NCBI GenBank assembly: GCA_051362555.1
Contig: CM120644.1
Location: 6,828,954-6,892,953, forward strand
Reading direction: 5' to 3'
From: Lingula anatina
Lineage: Eukaryota; Animalia; Brachiopoda
DNA length: 64,000 nt
Shown here: positions 9,810 through 19,328 of the stretch, in pieces
How the letters are laid out: every line of letters starts with the position of its first letter
Numbering within the stretch: position 1 is the first letter of the stretch
Translations under genes and position numbers: made by a program
Notes under the pieces: generated by a model
The model's database searches: none
Told to the model about the DNA's origin: nothing
What the model saw: only the letters and a program-made list of their open reading frames with translations

Positions 9810-11522
9810 CTACACCCTAAAAACTGGACCAGCGGGCGAAATCTGACCATTAGAAGGGCTACACTCCATATAAGGATCTCCAGGTTTCCCAGAATTCAAG
9901 TGCTTGGAAGCCAATGCGTCGGCAATCCCGTTCACACGCGCGCTTTTCGACATCGATCCATTCCCTTTACGACTGCAGTTAAGCGGCTGCGACTGTGGCG
10001 ACGTTGGTTGCAAGGAAGATTTCGATTGGTCAATCTGTGGAGGCGATGGCGTCCGTGTTGTTGAAACCACATCTTGTTTCTCACTTTTCGGACTTTGGCC
10101 AACCTTTCCTTCTCCGTCTTGAGTTGATGTTACCGTGCACTCTGCTTCTACGCTGGCAGAGCGAAGAGTGGAAAGATCTTGGGCCTCCATGTACTCTGCG
10201 GAGTCCGTGTGTGCGGTGTAGTTTTCAGGGCTCGTCTTGATTCCAGCACCTGTGACGTCAGCAGCCATGGGAGCTGGCATGATAGTTGGTATTGTCATTG
10301 CACCGGGTTGACCTCCGGCCGCCAAAACTGCGGCTTGGGTCGAATGAGATGGTGCCAAATTTTTGAAGCTAGTCTGCGGAAAATAAATAATGCCATAATT
10401 CCCATTGGCGATTGCTGCTTGAAAGTTTATAGGCTGCACGAAGGGTTGTCTTTGCTGGTCGGGGATGTGGAGACCTTGTGGCTGAAAGGGGGACGCCGGG
10501 GGCTGCTGCCACTGTGGAGCTTCAGGCCACTGTTTCTGGCGGCGCTGTCGTGGCTTTTTACGCCCTAAAACTTTAGTAGGGTCAGGCTTGTTTGACATCA
10601 GGCTGCCGTGTTGTTTCTTTGCCCCTATTTGACTTAGGGGGATTTGAGGTACTTTTAGTTGTGGAGTGTGTTGCCGTTGGTGGGTTTGGTGTTGCTGGTT
10701 ATTGCGTAATTCCTGTGGCTGCTGCTGTCGAGGTGTTTGTTTCGTTATTTGCTGGCCCTGGTGTCGGAACTGGTCATGCTGCTGAGCATTTTGTGTCGGT
10801 TTCTCGTAGCTCATCTGCTCTTGTTCTGGCGTTGACTGGTTTTGGAAGTCGTATATTTGTTGCGCAGCCTGTTGCTGCCGCTGCCATGAGTCTTCTTTTT
10901 CTAGCTGGGCGGGGCCTTGCTCGCTGCCAAATTGACGTTGATCTTCCTGTACACGCTGTATCTCCCGATGCTCGCTCTGAAACTTCTGCTGCATTTTCTC
11001 TTGTTGGTGTTGTTTTTGTTGTAAAATATAGTCATGGTTTTGTTGATAATTGCTTTCAATAGGACTAGCACCATTTTTAGCAGATGCATTATTTGCAGAT
11101 GCAGATGCGTTGGCAATATTCACTGGCGTTGGCAATGTATTGGAAGATGCCGACACCGGCACAGTTCCCGTGGCAACGGTTTCTAAGACCACTCCATTAT
11201 TATTATTATGACCACTTTCAGGGACCGTAGGTGCCTCATCCACTGTTGCCACGTTTACTTGAGGTAAAGGTAATGAATCCGTGGCTGATCTCTGCGTAGG
11301 GATTGTTTTATCATTATCCAAAACTGGCACAGTTTCAGTGTCTATAGCACTGGGTGTCTTGGGACCCTGGGGTGCAGTAGAAAGATCCGACTCCTCGTCT
11401 TTTGCTTTGTCGCCCTCTATACGCCGTTTCTTGTGTGGTACAGCGTCTGTGGTGTGTTCTGTGTCCTGGTTACGAACTACCTCCCTCTCAAATATGAGAT
11501 AGTATAACTTCAGCGGCTCCCT
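9810..11522 (-). CDS. BMI1: BMI1-like terminal coding exon 9: end of RAWUL, NLS-like HKKRR, long Q/P/S-rich tail; 1713 nt
   Basis: TAG acceptor at 11525-11523; REPLKLYY is in frame with the 506-aa ORF (64 codons upstream of 11330); TAG stop at 9812-9810. Confidence 0.93.
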   Translation of the reverse strand, partial: REPLKLYYLIFEREVVRNQDTEHTTDAVPHKKRRIEGDKAKDEESDLSTAPQGPKTPSAIDTETVPVLDNDKTIPTQRSATDSLPLPQVNVATVDEAPTVPESGHNNNNGVVLETVATGTVPVSASSNTLPTPVNIANASASANNASAKNGASPIESNYQQNHDYILQQKQHQQEKMQQKFQSEHREIQRVQEDQRQFGSEQGPAQLEKEDSWQRQQQAAQQIYDFQNQSTPEQEQMSYEKPTQNAQQHDQFRHQGQQITKQTPRQQQPQELRNNQQHQTHQRQHTPQLKVPQIPLSQIGAKKQHGSLMSNKPDPTKVLGRKKPRQRRQKQWPEAPQWQQPPASPFQPQGLHIPDQQRQPFVQPINFQAAIANGNYGIIYFPQTSFKNLAPSHSTQAAVLAAGGQPGAMTIPTIMPAPMAADVTGAGIKTSPENYTAHTDSAEYMEAQDLSTLRSASVEAECTVTSTQDGEGKVGQSPKSEKQDVVSTTRTPSPPQIDQSKSSLQPTSPQSQPLNCSRKGNGSMSKSARVNGIADALASKHLNSGKPGDPYMECSPSNGQISPAGPVFRV

Positions 11523-14500
11523 CTAAAAAACAACAATAAAATACGTTTTAACACGACATATAACGAGTAAATCTGCATACTACCGGCATAAACATGTCGT
11601 TTCACTTTGAGACTAATATATTTATTTACGGCACTCCAATCACGTTGTGATCTATGCTTTTGTTAAACTGGTGAGTGGGGTGCACGAACGAGAGCGTTTT
11701 GTCGAACTACACGAGTCCTCCGTTGCCCCCTGTTCGAGGATGTGTAAGCCCCGCAGTAAACTTACCCTAGTCCACGTGTAGATGTAGGCTACGTCCATCA
11801 GCGTGTAGTCGTCATTCAGCGGCTCGTCTGAGTGGAAGATATCGACCTAAAATAAACCAAGGTTCAGAATATATTTCAATTATATGATTCAAACGAGAAC
11901 CAAAGACTGTTTTTATTTACGATAATTAATCAAACGCGTGTTGTGACACTACATTGCACTTACATTTATGGGAAAGTGAATAACAAGAAAACAAAACGGC
12001 AACGTTAATAATTTCGTGCAGCGCATCACATCTTTGTATTGTAAATGGTGGTAGCTTTGTTCTAATCTTATGTATTATTTCTTAATGCGTTTGCATTATA
12101 AAACCCGTTGCCACGCTATACCAGTTTCTATGTGGACCTAATCGAACTAAGCTAAAACCCTACGTTAATCAATAAGAATGTGTGGTGACGACCAACAGCG
12201 CATTTCAGACTATTGCAGTCCGAGTTTGTCGTAAGTGTGAACAGATCTTAACATATCACGCAAAAATGGCCGACTTTGCTATGTCTCAAGGATAAACCGC
12301 TTACGTCATAGTTGAGCGACAAATCGAACTTCATGAAGATGAATTTCTTGAGGTGAGCAACGGTGAAGGCCGCGGGACACAAAAGGTGGCGCTTGTCGTG
12401 GTCCTGTAAGAGAAACCAGAGATAATATACATTTTCGACAGTGTCAATGATTAATATTTCAAACATGTTTATATACACCTAATCTATAATTCCATAATTC
12501 TGTAATACGAGATATAAAATTTATATTGAAATACCCTGATCAAATCATAAGACGTGGAGTATGTCCGTCGTCGTCGTTGAAATTACTTTATCTAGAATAT
12601 CGCGGCGAAAAAAATAACGCCAATATATCAGTAGATCTCTGTAGCAAAATGAATCATTTAAAAATCAGAAAAATAAAGAGTTCGGTTACACGGTACCTGC
12701 ACTGCTTGCTTGCCATCTTCACCCTCAGGTGCCGGATTATTTTTAAACGCCGACCTATAGTACGGAGAGAAATATTACTCACAATTAACAAAAACGGAAA
12801 ATGGGTTTAAATGTTTTTTTTCCTGGAAAACATAAAAGTTTAAATGATTTGATGAAACATGGGTGTGATATTTTGGGAAATTCATTGAAGAATTTGATTA
12901 CGAGGAAGTTTTGGAACAGCGTAAATATTTAATATTTTGTCCATCAAATCTTTAAATACGAGTCGAATTAAAAAAATTTCTACACCCACGTGTCTCTGTA
13001 CTCCAACGAAAGACTGATTTTGTCATCTTCAGTATAGATGGCGCCTTCGTCGACCTCTCCCTTATCTTCATTCGACAGACCGAAACTTGGATCTGAAATT
13101 ATAGATAAAATGAGCTCAGAATAAAGATTGATCGTTTTGACATGTGTGCACGTGTTTCTAATCCGAAGCCACGGTGCCTTCTTGTGCAGGTGAGAAGGAA
13201 AAAGACCAAAGATGCCGCGCGATCCTAATTCGGGGGATCTGGTCTTCAGACGGGGTTCTCTTGTACAATTCCCTCCACATGGCCGAAATCAACCTCTCAA
13301 TATTTCATTTTCCTCGTCGAATTGCAAACTTAAGGGCACACTTTATACAAACGGTTTAAATCACTCTAAATGCATGTATAACTTACCTGGCAGAGGATTA
13401 ACTGCGAAGAAATCTCGCCTTCGTTTCATTTCATCTACAAATAACGAGCATGAATTTTAATTCTCAAAAGACGGGTTAAACGCACCGTCGATGCACAATT
13501 TAAACAGCATTCTTCTTTTCATTTGAGACTGATAAGAAGCATGACTATTTATAACTAACGGATTTTAAATATCAATGTACAATAAGTGGAATCGTGCGGA
13601 TTGAGTAAACAATTTATATATTCCGATGTATTTTAAAATCACTCACTTTTAAAAAGACCAGGCACCAGTTTATAAACAAGGTCTTGGAGCGTCTTATCTA
13701 ATCTGAAAACAGAAAAAAAAGAAATTGCTTTAAAATTCCTTTACCTTTTGATTTTCACATGAGCGGAATCCCGAAAATAACTTAGAATATTCGTGTAAAC
13801 AACAGCTTTAAGGTATTATTAACCTCTCAAATAGTCTGACAAATAATTGCGAAGTAGTTCTTCTACAAAACAAACACACAGACGTGCAGGCCTTAAAACA
13901 AATTCAGCGTTTGTTTATCTGCCTTTCGTGACCGATGAAAGATGTCGGATAACACGTTGACCAATCGACTCCTTGTTTCCTCAAACCACAGGCAGGTTGT
14001 CCGGTTAATCGAACGTTCATGGAGCGAATTACCGCACGTAAATAACTCTCTAACATGAAGAGTAAGCGATCTCGATATTTCACATGGACGTCAAGTTGTA
14101 GAAGAGGTTCCTTTGAAAATACATGTACGCTCTTCAAACGAAATTTAACCCCTTATACCAGTTAAAACTCAAAGAAGTGGATCCATAATGAGGATTTTGA
14201 AAAAATGTAACGGAAATTCTGTCATTTAACATTTTTTCCTGCCAGTTATCATTAAATAATTTCAAAATAGCCGTTTCTTTGTAAGGTAAGCGTATAAAAA
14301 AAATAAAGAAATAACCCTACCGTTCACTATGTATTATTGCCCTTTTCTTGGTCGACTTGGTTACATAGAAAGCTTTTTTTTTTTGTTTGCGGGTGAATTT
14401 TGCCCACGCGAACTAGGAATGAATGTTCATAACGCAAACGGCAATACTTTTAACTTCAATTGTTAATTCTCCCCTTTTTTATCCGTAATGGCCACATTGT

Positions 14501-17500
14501 GTTGAATTAAGCAGCCCACAAAACTTCTTACGTAAAGTCACTCTTATTTCTGTCTATGAGTAATTTTTATAATATTACAGGTAAGTCTCCTTCTCTTTCA
14601 AGTTCTACTTAAATTTAACCTAAATAAACATTTTGATTCTTATTTTTCCTTACCGGACATTAACGAGAGGTCGAGTCTTATGGACCATGACGTCACATAT
14701 TGGACAATACTTGCTGCTCTCGAGATAACGCACAATGCAGGTCTTGCAAACTGAAATGGAAACAAACAATAGAATTAATACCTTAACGCCTCGATTGGGC
14801 TTATTATAAGCCCCACTCGAAACGACTTTAGATACCATTGTAAAATATTTGCACAATACAAGTATGATGGGTTTATTCTCATTACGATAGTTTGTCGGGT
14901 AAATGTCATAAAACAAGGCCTTTGGCTCAGACCTATTATTAGTCGTGTGTTGATTCATCCAAAGAAAGAGGCATTACTTTTAAGTATTTTTCCCGCATTT
15001 TCCAAATGTGCAAATAGCCTATCATATGAATAACAGCGCTTTCACACCAGGTGTGGTAAAGAATTAAGCAGCTATTCCATTTTCATTCCAACGAAAGACC
15101 AGTTTAAACTCACCATGATTCACCAAAATAATTTAAGAAGATCCATCTTCGCCAAATGACACTTTACATAATGAAGTTTCCATTTAAAAATAATCTTCAT
15201 GGTCAGGGAAGAAATTATATAATTTTCGGGACTCTCCTTAAAATGATCACGTAATACAAGGCTACAAACTAATTCATTATAGCACATAAAAGAACTTGGT
15301 TTTAAAATTCAACCCAATTTCTGGTCTTAAGTTTTTCGTATCAACGGCCCCAGCGACGTAAGATACAGGTAGAAACCATTTCATGGCGAGGAATGGTAAG
15401 CTAAGCGTTGACGTTCTGAATTTCGAATTACATAGTTTTGAGAAGACCCTCGTAACACGGACTAAGATAAAAAGGTCATTGGATAAGATAGACAACTGGA
15501 ACTCTGTTTACCCCGAGAAGATTACTGAACTTGACATTATGATCATTTGTTGCATTTTCACGTTTACTGGATACTGAGGACCGTAATAAGGGGAAGAATA
15601 TTTGCAGTTTGTGGAAAATAGCCTTTTTAGTTTCCATCTTTGGAAAGATAGAGTTTGATGTCTTCATGAATGACTTTCTTTTGGACTCCATTCGATTATT
15701 TTCAATTTCCTTATTGGGAGTGCACACGAATTATCTGTGAATTCTTATCACTTTTGACTTTGCACTGCGTCATAGTACGGTAACAGGGAAATCATTCTCT
15801 CCTATACCATCGTAGTACTTTCCGCGCTCATTTTTATTTTCACCAATCCCTTTTTAATTTAATTTAGTTCGATTGTGAAGGGTAGTCACCCCATTTACCC
15901 TTCTTCAGGGTAAGAGAAAGACTAAGTTCTGTACATTACAGTGAGCGAAAGATTTTGCATAAAATAGTAAGGCCTCAAGTAGAGACTAACTGAGTATAAC
16001 TGAATACCAAAATAATACTAATCGTCTAAACTTATGGATTACTGACATTTCAGTACGACGATTCCCAAAAAATATTTTTAACATAGCAATGTATAAGCAA
16101 TTTGTATATATATGTACTACATGAAAAACTTGCAATTTTTAACCGCAAAACAAGTATTTTGGATTAAAAAAAAGAGAGACTCACACCCGTTGGTAATAAC
16201 GTTTCTCAGTGACATCAACACATTTAGCATAAATTTGTATTAAAGACGACAGGTGTATTACAACAGTTGTGCAATTCGTAATTTAATTTCTGGGAATGTA
16301 TATGTATGACTTCGACAGATGGTACATCAATAACTGACAAATTGATATGATTAAGTATTAAATTTGAGTCATAGTGTCAACATTGTATTTAGCAAAGAAA
16401 ACATGTTCGTTGTTAAATATACCCTTTATTATTTAAAATCCTGTAGAACATGCATATTTTAACACGCGACAGCGTATGCAGTTTACACACTTCTGGCTTA
16501 AAGTACTACTGAGAGTAGAAAGTCTGCCTGTCGCGACGTTAAGCAAACACATAGGCCCTATTTTGAATTGCGTATGTTTTGTTTTTAAACGATCTAACGA
16601 AAATAAATTTTGACAGCATATCTACATTTAGCAGACGTTTTTTTTATGTTTCAATGGCAAACTAAAAGATGAAGATAAAAAATATAATTGGCCGACTTTT
16701 TAATTATAAAAAACTTTTCATTGCGGACCTCTCCACTTGCTATATATTGATAATTAAAGTCCATTTATACAAAGAATAATTTCCTTCAGGTTAAAGGCAA
16801 AATAAGCAGAAAATCGGATTGCCATTTGAATTTAAAAATAGCACTAGAAGCCGTCGGCATGACAACGAAGAATAACTATCTTTTATACACTAAACATACT
16901 AGAATAACTAATACCACCCTTCGTTATAGCGATTTATTGTAGATAATCGTACGAATTGACGACGCACTTTTAAGTATTTGCGTCATTCTTCTAATCTCTG
17001 TATTTTGTTAATGTAAAAAATGATATATTTTAAATTACTGGCGTCATTCCTTGTAATTTTACTCTGTAGTACTAATGGTAGTTACAATTCGTACTGAAAT
17101 ATTGACGTTAATGTCACTCTCAATAATTCTGCTCTGTATTAACCACTTGCGTGAATAAACGACTATTTTTGTTGTCACTCCGTCATTCCTCTCCAAAGAT
17201 ACTATTTGTGTAAATGAATGAATGAATGAATGACACTTTTTGGAATATTTCTATCGCCCTTCGTAATTCTGCTTTATACTAACGCCTCGCAGGAATAAAC
17301 AAGATATTTAAATACTGAAGTCATTATCCGTCATTCCAAATGAGTAGCTACTCGATCGCTGGAATAAAATGACACAATTTGAAATATTGATGTCGTTGTG
17401 TTGAGTGCCGCTCTATCAGCGGGCTGTCAGAAGTAAGTGTCATTTGACATGGCGGATGTTTGGACTAGATATGAGTGTAAACAAACCGATGTTTTGACTG

Positions 17501-19328
17501 CATCAATGAAACGACGAAACTGACAGCATCATGAATTTTTGAAGCATCAAACCACGCGAGAAGAATCTTCAGCGTTCTGTCATTTGGAACAAGGACCCGG
17601 CAAACTGCCTAGTCGGTAGTGAGTGATATTACAATAATAGACATTTTCAGCATACATGTAATATAAATTAGACATGATGAAACGTGAAATTTCTCAATTA
17701 TTTATATGGAAAAATTCAACAAAATCGTAAATTATTTGTGCCTTCCCTCCCCATGGAATACCATTTTTCACTATAATATCAAATAAATTTAATTTTTCAT
17801 TCCTGCTAATGTTCCGAATCTACATTGTACGTCACGGGTCACTCTCGAGGGTCGGAAGAATCAATCTTAAGGACATAAAAAACTGAGGAACATCCCAACT
17901 ATAAATAAGTTGCATTTGATGTTTTGTAGCACACCACTGTTTAAATCCTTATCGGAAATCAGAAGGGAGTGAGTATGACGGCTATATAGGCCAGGTGCTT
18001 GTTCCACGAAAGAGGTATACGAGAGGGTTAAACATCTAGACCAATAGGTTCGGTCTACTTTGACACAATATTCGGTAGAAATTCAATTAAATGATATTCT
18101 GCGCTAATTTTATATCAGGAGAAACACGCCTTACGTTTCATGCCAAAACTTATTTCATTAATTTATGGATTTATAATGAACTGATGTTGGCTTACTTTTG
18201 GGGCTAAAAGTTTAGACCAATTTTGTGGCTATAGCCGTTTTGTGAAACCGGCGGTAGGGATTGTTAGAAACTAATTGTCTGTAGTGTATATATATGGCTC
18301 ATTGATGTCTCGGTTATTTCACTTTCATCTTCTATGTTCACACCTTTTTTCACTGAAGAGTGATCAAACCAAAATATAGCGATACTCAAACTCATGGGAC
18401 TCCCTACTATCAGATATGTTATTTTGACTCTGCTATTTCTGTCTTTTTCGGAAATCCATTAATTTTATCAAAACGAATTCACAGATTAAACGGTGGGCTG
18501 ATCAGTCGACTGATATTGATATGATGGAACAAAAATACATACTTATAAAGGTATCTACAAAGATAATGACAATTCATACGGGTAGCCTTATTTGGAAGAA
18601 GTAACGCTACGCCATTTGACGTCATCAAATATGGACAAAAAATGACGTCAAATGAGGCACTCGGGCCTCAGTTACTATGTAGCGAACGACCCCACAGTAA
18701 AAAGGCGTTTTTAGGAGGCAGAAACAAAGGTCCATTTTACAGCAGTATACTTAAGTGATGTCTTCTGTACCGGTACACGTTGAGCGATTAACAACTTAAT
18801 ATAACCTGGCTTTCACATTAGAGAATCACCTAAACGGAGCTTCCGAGTTCGAAGCGGCCAATTACTGTTCGAGGGCGCCAACTCAAATAAACAGTACCCT
18901 CTACCAGGGCCACAGTTATTATTCTGTGGACATTTTTTCACAGTACATAGATTATCCATCAATTTAACCAGAAACATATTTATGAATATCTATAGTGAAA
19001 AATCTTCGGCCCTGGTAGGTGGTAAATGAACAGCAGGAAGCGTACTTGTGGAAATCTTGTATACCCACCGCATCACTGGGAAATTTGCGAGATTTGCTCC
19101 TAACTCGGGCGGTTCCTATTACAAGTTTGGGCCTCTCAAATTGTACCGTTACAGACTGCATCGCTAAAGTATACCGTTCTGTGTAAAAAGAGCCAAACAG
19201 CTGTCAGTTAACTTACAAGAATGAAGACACTCAGTGATGGTCGCCGCGTCCACGAAGTAGCCGCCGCACAGGGCGCACATCAGATGCGGGTTCAGATCAG
19301 TAAGCTGTAACTTGGTGGTCCGATGCAT
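9810..19328 (-). CDS. BMI1: Polycomb group RING finger protein, BMI1/PCGF4/Psc-like; 9 coding exons, 2367 nt, 788 aa
   Basis: Manual splicing at GT-AG sites joins 19328-19217, 14750-14654, 13702-13647, 13434-13387, 13092-12990, 12754-12697, 12403-12305, 11846-11766 and 11522-9810 into one open frame. It starts [66 protein letters not shown] (C3HC4 RING, near-identical to BMI1), followed by a RAWUL domain ([17 protein letters not shown]...[13 protein letters not shown]). Confidence 0.96.
11766..11846 (-). CDS. BMI1: BMI1-like coding exon 8 ([27 protein letters not shown]), 81 nt
   Basis: TAG acceptor, GTAAGT donor; YTLMD-AYIYTW signature. Confidence 0.96.
12305..12403 (-). CDS. BMI1: BMI1-like coding exon 7 ([13 protein letters not shown]...SLNYD), 99 nt
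   Basis: CAG acceptor, GTAAGC donor; RAWUL domain. Confidence 0.95.
12697..12754 (-). CDS. BMI1: BMI1-like coding exon 6 ([19 protein letters not shown]), 58 nt, variable linker
   Basis: TAG acceptor after a pyrimidine tract, CAG|GTACCG donor; restores phase 2 to 0 as exon 7 requires. Confidence 0.82.
12990..13092 (-). CDS. BMI1: BMI1-like coding exon 5 ([14 protein letters not shown]...[10 protein letters not shown]), 103 nt
   Basis: CAG acceptor, GTGGGT donor; SNEDKGEV and ISLSLE resemble BMI1 SNEDRGEV and ISLSIE. Confidence 0.92.
13387..13434 (-). CDS. BMI1: BMI1-like coding exon 4 ([16 protein letters not shown]), 48 nt
   Basis: TAG acceptor, GTAAGT donor; EMKRRRDF motif as in BMI1. 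Confidence 0.95.
13647..13702 (-). CDS. BMI1: BMI1-like coding exon 3 ([18 protein letters not shown]), 56 nt
   Basis: CAG acceptor, GTGAGT donor; [18 protein letters not shown] signature. Confidence 0.96.
14654..14750 (-). CDS. BMI1: BMI1-like coding exon 2 (FCKTC...PLVNVR), 97 nt
   Basis: CAG acceptor 14753-14751, GTAAGG donor; second half of the RING. Confidence 0.96.
16958..17400. repeat. Old degenerate minisatellite, about 60-70-bp units
   Basis: Recurring GAATAAA, AATAYTGA, CGTCATT and TAATTCTGCT blocks. Confidence 0.65.
17994..18254. mobile_element. Degenerate MITE, copy 2
   Basis: Right end AAGTTTAGACCAATTTTGTGGCTATAGCCGTTTTGTGAAACCGGC aligns with both ends of 4381-4605 (exact 14-mer TTCACAAAACGGCT in reverse complement); left end weak. 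Confidence 0.5.
18613..18654. promoter_or_regulatory. Two full CRE sites in a 13-bp perfect inverted repeat
   Basis: CATTTGACGTCAT-N16-ATGACGTCAAATG. Confidence 0.45.
19217..19328 (-). CDS. BMI1: BMI1-like coding exon 1 (MHRTT...CLHS), 112 nt
   Basis: Acceptor cccag|G directly before the ATG (19328-19326); donor GTAAGT at 19216-19211; first half of the RING. Confidence 0.96.

Noticed and set aside
9904-11502. Plus-strand ORFs of 72-156 aa over the last BMI1 exon
   Set aside because: Antisense shadows of a GC-richer, CAG-rich coding exon; no recognisable domain.
16958-17400. CRISPR-like repeat-spacer array
   Set aside because: Units are degenerate along their whole length, with no identical repeats or unique spacers; eukaryotic intron, no cas genes.
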